Assembly (NCBI GenBank): GCA_017508875.1
Contig: JAFWQX010000084.1
Location: 2,506 to 66,505, forward strand
DNA: 64,000 nucleotides
Source of the DNA: Clostridia bacterium
GTDB taxonomy: Bacteria; Bacillota; Clostridia; UBA1212; UBA1255
Direction: 5' to 3'
In this document: in pieces, positions 1-10,300 of the stretch
Position numbering within the stretch: position 1 is the stretch's first letter
How the letters are laid out: the number at the start of each line of letters is the position of its first letter
Made by a program: the position numbers and the translations under genes
The notes under the pieces: model-generated
What the model saw: the letters and a program-made list of their open reading frames with translations, nothing else
Told to the model about the DNA's origin: nothing
Database searches by the model: none

Positions 1-2210
1 AGGCTAATAATTTCGATTATGACGCTTATATTGCCTCGATCGCTCATTCTTCCGATCCGACTCCGCAGGTTAAAGAGAAATGGGATACGCCCGCCTTTGC
101 CGAGCCTGACGTGACGCTCAAGGCGGACAACGTTGACGGTACTCTTAAGTTCGTACGCGAAACAGGCTCGGACAACGTGGTTATTTCTTACAGTACGGGC
201 GGCAAGGATTTTTCGTATTCTTTGCCTTACAACGCGTATATATTAAACGGACCGCTCAAAGGAATTGACGACCTCGGACGCGCGCTTCCGGATCAGTTTA
301 CGATAATAAAACCTGACTACGTTGACCACGAAGACGAAAACCCGGTCAAAGTTGACGTCGAGCCCCGTACTATAGGCTTTTTCGGAGAAAACGGAAGGCG
401 CTACGTAGGAATTTTCTACTTCCTCTGGCTCGGAACGTTCCATGACGTCAACGAAACTCCCAGAAATATCAGTAAAATAATGGAGCAGTACGGTACCGCG
501 GCTAAAGATATGCCGGAGCTCTGGGCGACTGCCGGTAAAACGTTCTTCTTTGCCGAACCGCTTTACGGCTACTACCGCATGAATGACGAATGGGTAGTCC
601 GCAAGCATATGGAACTGCTTACGAACGCCGGGATCGATTTCCTTTACTTCGACGTTACAAATAATTTTTTGTATGAAGAAAACGCGCTTCGCCTGATGAA
701 GATCTGTCACGAGATGAATGAAGAAGGATTCCCTGCACCGAAGGTAGTTTTCTATACGAATACTGACGCTAAAATCCGCGTAAGACAGGCATATAAAGCC
801 ATTTACCAGCCCGGCCTCTATCCCGATACCTGGATGATGCTGGATGGAAAACCTCTCATTATCGCCCCTGAAGAAGCAAATATTGACGGGTTCTTCACCA
901 TCCGCGAGCAGCAGTGGCCGAATGAGGAAAAACGCGACAATACGTGGCCCTGGATCGACTGGGAATGGCCGCAGGAACTTTACGGCCTTAATAACAGCGA
1001 AGCGATCAGCGTTTCTGTAGCGCAGCACAGCGGAAACAGCGAATTTTCAACTTCGGGCCTTTACGGTTATAAGAAGAACAGAGGCAGATCATATGACGGT
1101 TTTGCCGATAACCATACGGCAGATTCGTATAAACTCGGAACGAATATCCAGCTGCAGTTCAACAGGGCGATAACCTCCGGAGTACCTTACGTGCTTGTCA
1201 CCGGCTGGAACGAGTGGATCGCTTCGAGATACTCCGACGGAAAAGAAAAGGATCCGAAAAAGATCAGATTCATTGACACGTTTGATTACGAGTACAGCCG
1301 CGATATAGAAATGAGCCGCGGCGGATATTTTGACAATTATTACATGCAGCTTGCTTCTAACGTGAGCGCTATACGGGGCTCAGCGCCTGTAATTCTGCGT
1401 GACGACAGGCACCAGATAAACGTTACGGGTGATTTTGAACAATGGGATAAGGTGGCGCACTATTATTCCGATCCTTCGGGAGATGCTTCTGAACGTGATT
1501 CTATCGGTCACGGAGGGATCAAATACGAGAATAAGACCGGAAGGAACGATATTGTCCGCGTAAAAGTGACAGGCGACGCGACGAACCTGTATTTCTGTAT
1601 CGAATGTGCGGAGAATATTGTCCACGGCAGCGGGTCGGACAGCTGGATGCAGATCTACCTGAACGTTGACGCCGATAAGAGCGGCTGGTACGGCTACGAT
1701 TATATTCTGAACTACAAGCCTGAAAACGACTATACTACGACGCTTGCGCGCTACAGCGGCGCTGACGGTGCGTACGGTTTTACTCCTTCCGGGTCAAAAC
1801 TTACGTATAAAGTTTCGGGCAATAAGCTTATGATCGGCGTTCCGATGGAGGAGCTCGGTATAGAATACTACGACCGTATCGAGCTTGAATTTAAGATCGC
1901 CGACAGCAGAAGTTCGTATGCGACAATGGAGCAGTTCTACGAGGACGGTGACGCCGCGCCTCTGGGACGAATGAATTTCGTATATCAGACTTATATTGAG
2001 AGCGTAAGCGGCTCGAACAAGACGCCTGTGGTTAAAACCGCTGACCGCGTTAAATACGCCGAAAACGAACCGGATATCACGCAAAGGCCTGACAATGCTC
2101 ATAAAGAGTCTAAAGTAAACGGCTGGCTGATAGGCGGGATCGCACTCGGAGTCGCTGCCGCTGCTGCAGTCGTGATCGTGATCTTCGCACGTAAGGAGAA
2201 AAAAGCCTGA
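1..2210 (+). CDS. 5'-truncated secreted glycoside-hydrolase-like protein with a C-terminal transmembrane anchor
   Basis: The reading frame is open to the left edge of the window (no stop in frame from nt 3). Motifs such as FYFLWLG and TGWNEW suggest a TIM-barrel glycosidase-like fold. The protein ends with a hydrophobic helix plus RKEKKA. The family assignment is tentative. Confidence 0.55.
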   Translation, partial: ANNFDYDAYIASIAHSSDPTPQVKEKWDTPAFAEPDVTLKADNVDGTLKFVRETGSDNVVISYSTGGKDFSYSLPYNAYILNGPLKGIDDLGRALPDQFTIIKPDYVDHEDENPVKVDVEPRTIGFFGENGRRYVGIFYFLWLGTFHDVNETPRNISKIMEQYGTAAKDMPELWATAGKTFFFAEPLYGYYRMNDEWVVRKHMELLTNAGIDFLYFDVTNNFLYEENALRLMKICHEMNEEGFPAPKVVFYTNTDAKIRVRQAYKAIYQPGLYPDTWMMLDGKPLIIAPEEANIDGFFTIREQQWPNEEKRDNTWPWIDWEWPQELYGLNNSEAISVSVAQHSGNSEFSTSGLYGYKKNRGRSYDGFADNHTADSYKLGTNIQLQFNRAITSGVPYVLVTGWNEWIASRYSDGKEKDPKKIRFIDTFDYEYSRDIEMSRGGYFDNYYMQLASNVSAIRGSAPVILRDDRHQINVTGDFEQWDKVAHYYSDPSGDASERDSIGHGGIKYENKTGRNDIVRVKVTGDATNLYFCIECAENIVHGSGSDSWMQIYLNVDADKSGWYGYDYILNYKPENDYTTTLARYSGADGAYGFTPSGSKLTYKVSGNKLMIGVPMEELGIEYYDRIELEFKIADSRSSYATMEQFYEDGDAAPLGRMNFVYQTYIESVSGSNKTPVVKTADRVKYAENEPDITQRPDNAHKESKVNGWLIGGIALGVAAAAAVVIVIFARKEKKA

Positions 2211-2251
2211 TCGCGTTTAAGTATGATGAAAAGAATTTGCTGATAATATGG

Positions 2252-2286
2252 AAAGCCCCCGGACGGAAGGGGCTTTCTGCTTTTTA
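2252..2286 (+). terminator. rho-independent terminator (aaagcccc-ggacggaa-ggggcttt stem followed by a T-run)
   Basis: A GC-rich 8-bp stem with an 8-nt loop, followed by ctgcttttt, sits 40 nt downstream of the stop at 2210. Confidence 0.75.
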
Positions 2287-2328
2287 TTCGGTTTACGCGG
2301 TTTTCACCGGTTTTTGCCGGTTTTCACC

Positions 2329-2371
2329 GAAAGACGCAAATCTTTCTTTTATACAAGAATTGTGATATAAT
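2329..2371 (+). promoter_or_regulatory. sigma-A-like promoter with extended -10 (TGaTATAAT at 2363-2371) upstream of rnpB
   Basis: TG at 2363-2364 plus TATAAT at 2366-2371, about 7 nt before the predicted 5' end of the RNase P RNA. The -35 (ttatac) is weak. Confidence 0.5.
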
Positions 2372-2377
2372 AAAAAA

Positions 2378-2722
2378 GGCAAGTATGCCAGATGGTCGCG
2401 GGCACGGTACGAAAGAAAGTGTCTGAGGAAAGTCCGGGCTCCGCAGGGCAGGATGCCGGTTAACGGCCGGTGAAGGTGACTTCAAGGAAAGTGCAACAGA
2501 AAACAACCGCCCGCTTTTGAGGGTAAGGGTGAAAAGGCGAGGTAAGAGCTCACCGCCGCAGTGGTAACACGGCGGGCAGTGTAAACCCCATCCGGAGCAA
2601 CACCGCGAAAGGGACGCTAAGTTGGCCCGACAGTCCCAAAGGTGGCTAAAGATGCGCGGCAACGCGTATTCGCAGATAGATGACCATCCGATACAGAACC
2701 CGGCTTACGGCATGCTTGCATT
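2378..2722 (+). ncRNA. rnpB: RNase P RNA (bacterial ribozyme M1 RNA)
   Basis: Contains the universally conserved GGAAAGTCCGGGCTCC block and the 3' ACAGAACCCGGCTTA motif. The 5' gcaagtatgcc (2379-2389) pairs with the 3' ggcatgcttgc (2709-2719) to form P1. A T-run follows. Confidence 0.85.
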
Positions 2723-2747
2723 TGTTTTTGACCAAAGGGGTACTGTG

Positions 2748-4070
2748 ATGAGAAGTATTTTCAGAAAGATCCTATTAATTTTCGCGCTCAGTATAATGAT
2801 CATACTTCTCGGTATGCTTTTGGGCTGCTCAGGTAATAACGTTTACGAACATATTGATCCTTCCGGCGGCACACCTCAGAACGTTTCAGAAACCGATACT
2901 CAAAACAGCACTGCCGCTGCGGCTGCCTCTGAACCTGCCGGTACCGGAACTCCGAATAAAACTTTCGCTACAGGCGACGGTATAAGCTTTCACGTAACTC
3001 CTACGCCTTCTTCAGCTCCTTCGGAAACTGTACGTTCTCCGGGGAATACTCCTACGCAGGATCCTAATGAAATTTTCCTCGATGAAACTCCTACTCCCGA
3101 ACGTCCCACGCCTGAGATCACGGCTGCTCCGGCCACCGACGTACCTCCTGCTCCCACTATACGCCCCACTCCGACTATGGAACCGATCACAGGCGATTAT
3201 TACGGATTAACAGGAAAAACATACTCTGATTATCCTTATCTGAATTCTGCCGAAGAACTCTGGCGCATTGACAATATCATAAAATCCCTGATAACTGAAG
3301 ATATGGACAGGAATGAAAAGATCCGCCTGATCCACGAATGGATGGTCAGAAATATTGCTTTTGACCAGACGCGCAGATCGAGGCACGTGAATCAGATCTT
3401 CGCTACGGGCAGGGCAACGTCTCAGGGCTATTCCGAGATGTTTGCGGTATTTATGGGCGAAATCGACATCCGGTGCAAGCTTATCTCCGGAACGGTCAGA
3501 GGCGAAAACCAGTCATGGAACGCGGTCAATATTGACGGCGAGTGGTACTACGTTGACGTCACAATGGACGATCCTCTTGTAGGCGGTCATTCCGATTATC
3601 CCGACGGGAGTAATCTTAGATATACTTATTTTCTTGTGACAGAATCTGCCATCTCTGCAGATCACACCGCATCAGAGGAGTTTCCATCTCCTTCCGCGAC
3701 CTCGGGCAGATATCATGAAGAAGCAGTTAATAAGGCAAAGAAAGAATTGTTAACTAAACTGTCCGCAATGATCGGATCGGGCGAGGTCGAAAACGGATTT
3801 ATTATCGACGGACCCGAAGATATTGACGATGCCTTTGTAAGTATCTGCAGCGCCGTATCCGGGGCGGCGGAAAACGGCGTCGCACCTTTCAGATTTACTG
3901 TTTATGCGATCTCCGGCACGTCGGAGTCTATAAAAGAACTAAGTACTGATCTTCTTAGACGTATCTCGGATTATGCAACGGAAGCTTATAAGCAAAAAGT
4001 CAACTGTACCATGAGAAGCCAGGAGCAGGAGCTGTTCGGAACTATGATATGCGAAATAAACCTTTCATGA
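2748..4070 (+). CDS. lipoprotein with a Pro/Thr-rich linker and a degenerate transglutaminase-like (pseudo-cysteine-protease) domain
   Basis: The start was moved to the ATG at 2748 (RBS aaagggg), because the tracked ORF at 2622 overlaps rnpB. The N-terminus has a signal peptide with an LLGC lipobox. The transglutaminase-core-like block GYSEMFAV...SWNAVNIDGEWYYVDVT has the catalytic Cys and His positions occupied by Ser. Confidence 0.7.
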   Translation: MRSIFRKILLIFALSIMIILLGMLLGCSGNNVYEHIDPSGGTPQNVSETDTQNSTAAAAASEPAGTGTPNKTFATGDGISFHVTPTPSSAPSETVRSPGNTPTQDPNEIFLDETPTPERPTPEITAAPATDVPPAPTIRPTPTMEPITGDYYGLTGKTYSDYPYLNSAEELWRIDNIIKSLITEDMDRNEKIRLIHEWMVRNIAFDQTRRSRHVNQIFATGRATSQGYSEMFAVFMGEIDIRCKLISGTVRGENQSWNAVNIDGEWYYVDVTMDDPLVGGHSDYPDGSNLRYTYFLVTESAISADHTASEEFPSPSATSGRYHEEAVNKAKKELLTKLSAMIGSGEVENGFIIDGPEDIDDAFVSICSAVSGAAENGVAPFRFTVYAISGTSESIKELSTDLLRRISDYATEAYKQKVNCTMRSQEQELFGTMICEINLS

Positions 4071-4129
4071 AATGAGCGCTTGAAATAAGAAAGACTTGGA
4101 TCAGAAGACAGACGGAGGAAGAATAAATT

Positions 4130-5215
4130 ATGGCAAACCTTAATGAATACAAATGTCCCAGATGCAGCGGAGCACTCAGATTTGACGCCAAATCCGGAAT
4201 GCTTGTCTGTCCGTTCTGCGATTCTCGGTTCGAACTTTCTGATTTTGAAGACGCCGATTCCGAGCTCGGTTCCGGGTACGATGAAGAAGACGGTTTCCTT
4301 AACGATTTCGGAAATACGTGGGCGGACGGAGAGACGGAAGGGTTGTACACTTACGTCTGCAAATCCTGCGGCGGAGAAATTGTCGGCGACGCTACGATGG
4401 CGGCGACGTCCTGCCCGTATTGCGGGAATCCTGTTGTCGTTATGGAAGCATTCGAAGGAATGCTTAAGCCCGATTACGTTATCCCTTTCAAACTTGATAA
4501 GGATCAGGCTGTAAAGGCATTAGGGAACCACCTTCAGGGCAAAAGACTGCTTCCGAAAGTGTTCCGCGATCAGAATAAGATCAAAGAAATTAAAGGCATT
4601 TACGTTCCTTTCTGGATCTTCGATACCGACACGTTCGGCGACTACGAATATGAAACGACGAAGGTCAAGAGATGGAGCGATAAATACTACGATTATAAGA
4701 AGACTACTTATTATCAGGTGCTCAGAGCCGGAAACCTTAACTACAGAGGGATCCCGATAAACTGCTCCGAAAAGATCAATGACGCGCTCATGGAATCGCT
4801 CGAGCCGTTTGACTTAAATGCCGCGGAACCGTTTCAGACGGCATATCTCGCCGGGTATCTGGCGGATAAATTCGACGTCGATACAGACGTTTCATGGGAG
4901 CGAGTAAAAGAACGAGTTTCGAATTCTTCCGCAGCGTATTTTTTTAATACGGTCAATGGGTATGACAGTGTAAGGCAGGACGGAGGCAGCGTATCTTTCC
5001 TCAAAAGGCACGCAAAATATGCGCTTCTGCCAGTGTGGATGCTGACAACGGTCTGGAACGGCCAGACTTATCAATTTGCAATGAACGGGCAGACAGGAAA
5101 GTTCGTGGGAGACCTGCCTATGGATAAAAAAGCGTACGCGCTGTGGTTCATTCTGACTACGCTCGGCGCCGCACTCGGAACGTTCCTGATCTCACTTCTG
5201 ATCACGTCAATGTAA
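4130..5215 (+). CDS. double zinc-ribbon protein with a C-terminal transmembrane helix, function unknown
   Basis: Two CxxC...CxxC ribbons sit near the N-terminus (CPRCSG...CPFCDS; CKSCGG...CPYCGN). The C-terminus has a hydrophobic helix. A good RBS precedes the start. Confidence 0.7.
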   Translation: MANLNEYKCPRCSGALRFDAKSGMLVCPFCDSRFELSDFEDADSELGSGYDEEDGFLNDFGNTWADGETEGLYTYVCKSCGGEIVGDATMAATSCPYCGNPVVVMEAFEGMLKPDYVIPFKLDKDQAVKALGNHLQGKRLLPKVFRDQNKIKEIKGIYVPFWIFDTDTFGDYEYETTKVKRWSDKYYDYKKTTYYQVLRAGNLNYRGIPINCSEKINDALMESLEPFDLNAAEPFQTAYLAGYLADKFDVDTDVSWERVKERVSNSSAAYFFNTVNGYDSVRQDGGSVSFLKRHAKYALLPVWMLTTVWNGQTYQFAMNGQTGKFVGDLPMDKKAYALWFILTTLGAALGTFLISLLITSM

Positions 5216-5233
5216 ACGTAAGGAGGAATGAAA

Positions 5234-5578
5234 ATGAAAACTGCAATTAAAAAATTATTGACCGCACTTTCTTCGGTATTCGCTGCGGCATTTATGGCCT
5301 GCACGCCGGTCATTGCCTCTGCCGCTTATGAAGACGGAACGCGCTCGACCGTATCGGTCTCGCCTTTGAGAGTTATCGTCTGCATCGGCATCGGACTGCT
5401 CGTCGCGTTTATTGTGACTTCAGTAATGAAATCCAAATTAAGGTCGGTACACTGGCAGAATTCGGCAAACGACTATATTGACAGCAGCAGTTTCAAACTG
5501 ACGCTCGCAGAAGAAATCTACAAATATGAAAAGACCGAAAAGACCGAGAGGCCAAGGGAAAGAGATTCAGACGAATAA
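5234..5578 (+). CDS. small secreted/membrane protein (signal peptide plus one TM helix, charged tail)
   Basis: RBS aggagg at 5221-5226. The second in-frame ATG at 5234 gives better spacing. The gene lies 13 nt after the zinc-ribbon gene. Confidence 0.5.
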   Translation: MKTAIKKLLTALSSVFAAAFMACTPVIASAAYEDGTRSTVSVSPLRVIVCIGIGLLVAFIVTSVMKSKLRSVHWQNSANDYIDSSSFKLTLAEEIYKYEKTEKTERPRERDSDE

Positions 5579-5624
5579 ATAACAGATTTACACGAACGAT
5601 TAATGATGAGCGGGGATTATTAAA

Positions 5625-7358
5625 ATGGCTGACAACACTTTTATGAAAGAGTATAAGATCTGGTCTTCGGACGAATACTTTTTGCAATACAGAGATGAGC
5701 TTAATGCTGTATCCGGGGATCCTGAAGAAATCCGCGACCGGTTTTATAAAGAACTTGATTTCGGGACTGCGGGGATCCGGGGCGTGATGGGCGCGGGGCT
5801 CAACAGACTCAATACTGTTATCGTAAGAAAAGTCAGCACAGCTATTGCAAGATTCATACGTTCCAAAGGCAGTTCGGCAATGAAAAGCGGTGTCGTGATA
5901 GGTTATGACAGCCGCATTAACTCCGACGTATTTTCGAAAGAAGCGGCTTCTGTTTTTGCCGGATACGGAATTAAAACTTATTATCATTCGGAAATATCTC
6001 CTGTGCCTCTGCTCTCGTACAGCGTAAGAAATCTGAAGTGTGCGATGGGCGTGATGATCACCGCCAGCCATAACCCCAAAGAATACAACGGATATAAAGT
6101 GTACGGCCCGGACGGTGCGCAGCTTTCACCTGAGGACAGCGACGTAATAACCGGGAAAATGAAGAGGATCGTTGACCTCACAAAATTAAAATCTTTTGAT
6201 TTTGACGAACTTCTTAAAGAGGGAAAGATCGAATATTGCCCGCAGACTGTTAAAGATACATATATGAAAACGGTAAGAGAACTGCTTCCGGAAGACTGCG
6301 CAGAACGTTCCGGTACGGGTGCTCTTAAAGTGGTTTATACCGCTCTTCACGGCGCCGGAGCTAAATTCGTACCTGAGATCCTGAAAATGACCGGCATAGG
6401 TACAGTTAAGACGGTTAAAGCTCAGATGGTCCCCGACGGCAGTTTCCCGACAGTGCCTGTGCCAAATCCCGAAAACGCCGACGTGTATAAACTTGCTTTG
6501 AAAGAAGCTAAAAAGATAGGCGCAGATATCATAATCGCAACAGATCCTGATTCGGACAGGACCGGAGCGTGCGTAAAACGCGAAGACGGAGAGTATCAGC
6601 TCCTTACGGGAAATGAGATCGGTGAGATACTCCTTATGCGCCGCATCAAATTGAACAGAAGTCCTAAACCGTTCGCCGTATCGACGCTTGTTTCCACGAG
6701 GGTCGCCGGCCTTATCTGCGAGGCGGAAAACGTTCAGTACATCGACGTTCTTACAGGCTTTAAATTTATCGGCGAGCAGATAAAACTGCGCGAAGAGAAC
6801 GGCGACGGCAAATTCATATTCGGATTTGAAGAAAGCTACGGATACCTCGCCGGAAGCTATTGCAGGGACAAAGACGCCGTAGCCTCCTGTATGCTTATAT
6901 GTGAAGCCGCGGCATATTATAAATCGCGCGGAATGTCTCTTATTTCTGCCCTCGATGAGATATACGCGAAAGTAGGTGCCCAGCATGAGATACAGACTTC
7001 GCTCGTACTTAGCGGTGAATCCGGAGCGATAGAAATGAAACGCATTATGTCAGCCGTACGCGGACTGCGCGAAAACGTGCTCGGCGATGCAAAACCTGAG
7101 TTTTATCTTGACCTTAAAGAAAACCGAAGGTACGTAAAAACCAAAAACGGTTCATTCCGCGCATATGAAGAAAAAGAGTTTCCCGTCTCCGACGTTTTAT
7201 ATTATTCTTACGATAATTTCTGGTTCTGCCTGAGACCGTCCGGAACGGAGCCGAAAATAAAGGTGTATTTCGGTGCAGGAGGCGCTTCAAAGCAGGAGGC
7301 GGTAAACAATACTGCCGAGCTGAAAAAACGCGTTATGGACCGTATAAAGGCCCTTTAA
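5625..7358 (+). CDS. phosphoglucomutase/phosphomannomutase (alpha-D-phosphohexomutase family)
   Basis: Contains the active-site loop TASHNPKEYNGYK and a GIRGVMG motif. The length of 577 aa is typical of PgcA-type enzymes. Confidence 0.85.
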   Translation: MADNTFMKEYKIWSSDEYFLQYRDELNAVSGDPEEIRDRFYKELDFGTAGIRGVMGAGLNRLNTVIVRKVSTAIARFIRSKGSSAMKSGVVIGYDSRINSDVFSKEAASVFAGYGIKTYYHSEISPVPLLSYSVRNLKCAMGVMITASHNPKEYNGYKVYGPDGAQLSPEDSDVITGKMKRIVDLTKLKSFDFDELLKEGKIEYCPQTVKDTYMKTVRELLPEDCAERSGTGALKVVYTALHGAGAKFVPEILKMTGIGTVKTVKAQMVPDGSFPTVPVPNPENADVYKLALKEAKKIGADIIIATDPDSDRTGACVKREDGEYQLLTGNEIGEILLMRRIKLNRSPKPFAVSTLVSTRVAGLICEAENVQYIDVLTGFKFIGEQIKLREENGDGKFIFGFEESYGYLAGSYCRDKDAVASCMLICEAAAYYKSRGMSLISALDEIYAKVGAQHEIQTSLVLSGESGAIEMKRIMSAVRGLRENVLGDAKPEFYLDLKENRRYVKTKNGSFRAYEEKEFPVSDVLYYSYDNFWFCLRPSGTEPKIKVYFGAGGASKQEAVNNTAELKKRVMDRIKAL

Positions 7359-7398
7359 ATCGATTCTGATCATACGGATCATCTGACGGAGTATTATC

Positions 7399-10300
7399 TT
7401 GCACGATTTTGTTCATCTACACGTCCATACTGAATACAGCCTGCTTGACGGTGCATGCAGGATAAAAGAGCTTTGCCGCAGGGCGGCAGAGTACGGTATG
7501 AGCTCCCTCGCTATAACCGATCACGGCGTAATGTACGGCACGGTCGATTTTTACGAGGCGTGCATCGATGCCGGTATTAAGCCTATTATAGGCTGCGAAG
7601 TATATACTGCCTCGAGGACCAGATTCGATAAGGATCCGATGCTCGATTCAGAATACGGTCATCTGATACTGCTCGCCGAAAACGATGAAGGCTACCATAA
7701 TCTGATCAAAATTGTTTCCGCTTCTTTTACCGAAGGGTTTTATTATAAGCCGCGCACGGACAGGGAGCTTCTTAAAAAGTATTCAAAAGGCATCATTGCG
7801 TGCTCGGCGTGTCTTAAAGGCGACGTTCCTCAGCTGATATTAGCGGGAGATTACGAAGGCGCGAAGAAATGCGCACTTGAATTTGCCGGGATTTTTGGTA
7901 AGGACAATTATTTCCTTGAACTTCAATCCAACGGATTGCCCGAGCAGCTTACAGTAAACAGCGCCCTTCTGCGCATTTCAAAAGAGACTGGCATCGGGCT
8001 GGTGGCAACGAACGACGTGCATTATATTGACCCGTCCGACGCCAGAACTCAGGACGTTTTAATGTGCATCCAGACCGGGAAAAAGATCTCCGACGAGAAC
8101 AGAATGAAATTTTCTACTAATACCGTTTATCTGCGCTCGAAGGAGGAAATGAACGAACTCTTCAGGAACGTTCCGGAGGCCCTCGACAATACCTGCAGGA
8201 TCGCCGAACGGTGCAACGTTAAACTTCATTTCGGGCGTCCTGTCTTACCTGTATTTGATATTCCGGGAGGCCTCAGCGCGGAGGAATATCTCCGGAAGCT
8301 GTCGTTCGAAGGAGCTTCTGAACGGTACGGCGCTAAGCTGCCCGAAGCAGTTAAAGAAAGGCTCGAATATGAGCTCGGGATCATAAGCCGCATGGGATAT
8401 TGTGAATATTACCTTATCGTATGGGACTTCATCAGATTTGCGAAAGAAAACGGAATTAAAGTCGGGCCCGGGAGAGGCTCGGGAGCCGGATCCATTGCCG
8501 CATACTGCCTTAAGATCACAAATATTGACCCGCTCAAATTCAATCTGGCATTCGAACGTTTCCTTAACCCGGAACGTATAAGCATGCCAGATTTTGACGT
8601 CGATTTCAGCGACGAGCACCGGAAAGACGTTATAGATTACGTGATCCGGAAGTACGGGTCAGACAGAGTCGCTCAGATCGTTACTTTCGGAACGCTTGCC
8701 GCAAGGGCGGCGATCCGCGACGTTGGCCGCGTTCTCGACGTTCCTTATGCAAAAGTCGATGCGGCTGCAAAGCTTATACCGTTCTCCGCAGGACCTGCGC
8801 GGCTGTCGATCCCGCAGGCGATCGGGTCAAATCCCGAGCTTAAGCAGCTTTACGATTCCGATGCGCAGATAAAAGAAATGCTCGACACGGCTGCTAAAAT
8901 CGAAGGCGCGCCCAGAAACTGCTCAACTCACGCGGCAGGCGTCGTGCTTACGGAAAAACCTGTCACCGACTACGTGCCGGTACATAAAAGCGGAGATATC
9001 GTCGCAACTCAGTTTCCTATGGCTGTGCTTGAAAAGATCGGTCTGCTGAAGATCGACTTTCTCGGCTTGAGGACGCTTTCTGTCATACAGGACGCACAGC
9101 AGATGGTCCTGGATAATTACGGCGTGAATATAGATTTCGATGATATGAGCCACGACGATCCGAAGGTTTTTTCAATAATAAAATCAGGCCGTACTTCGGG
9201 CATATTCCAGCTTGAAAGCAGAGGTATGACGCGATTCCTCACTGAACTAAAACCCGATTCGCTCGAAGACATTATAGCCGGGATCGCGCTCTACAGGCCG
9301 GGTCCGATGGACCAGATACCGAGATATATAGAAAACAAAAAAGATCCTTCGAAGATCACTTATGAGACGCCTGAACTGGAACCGATACTAAACGTGACTT
9401 ACGGGTGCATCGTGTACCAGGAGCAGGTGATGCAGATATTCCGCGACCTTGCCGGGTATACTATGGGCGCTTCCGATCTGGTCCGGCGGGCAATGGCTAA
9501 GAAGAAACACGACGTAATGGAAAAAGAGCGCGGCAGGTTCATTGACGGTGCTAAGCAGCGCGGTATCAGCGAAAGTGCGGCGGTGGCAATATTCGACCGT
9601 ATGCCGACTTTGCCAGTTACGCCTTCAATAAAGCACACGCCGCGTGCTATGCCGTTGTCGCGTACGAAACAGCGTTTCTTAAAACGTATTATCCCGCTGA
9701 ATTTATGGCCGGTATTATGAACAGCCTCGTAAACTGGCCTGAGCGCGTCGCAGTTTACATAAACGAATGCAGGCAGATGAAGATCGGTATACTTCCGCCG
9801 GATATCAACGCCGGGCAGGTGCGTTTTACAGTTAAAGAAGGCAATATAGTTTACGCGCTCGGTGCGATAAAGAACGTAGGATTAAGAAGCGTGGAGCAGT
9901 TAGTTGCAATACGCGAGAAGGGCGGACCATTCAGCTCTTTTTATGATTTTTGCGTACGTACCGTTAATACCGACATTAACAAGCGCACTGTCGAAAGCAT
10001 GATAAAAGCGGGTGCGTTCGATTCGTTGGGAAATTCCAGACGGGCGCTTCTGTTTTCATATGAAGAACTGATGGACAATGCATCGATGTCCAACCGTTCA
10101 CGCGCTCAGGGACAGCTTTCGCTTTTCGACAGTTCGGACGAGGACAAATTAAATAACGACGCGGTGAAGCCTCTTTCGGAATTTGAAAACAGCGAGCTTT
10201 TGTCAATGGAAAAAAGTGTTCTCGGTCTTTATCTGACGGGCCATCCGCTCCAGTCGTATTTTCAGGATCTTTCAAGGATCTGTACGCTTAATTCCGCTGA

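Noticed and set aside
243-1028. 261-aa minus-strand ORF
   Set aside because: It is antisense to the long glycosidase-like CDS and is a shadow ORF typical of mid-GC DNA.
2622-2747. N-terminal extension of the lipoprotein ORF
   Set aside because: It overlaps the RNase P RNA. The real start, with an RBS and signal peptide, is at 2748.
4143-4514. 123-aa ORF overlapping the zinc-ribbon gene in another frame
   Set aside because: It lies fully inside a better-supported CDS and has no independent translation signals.
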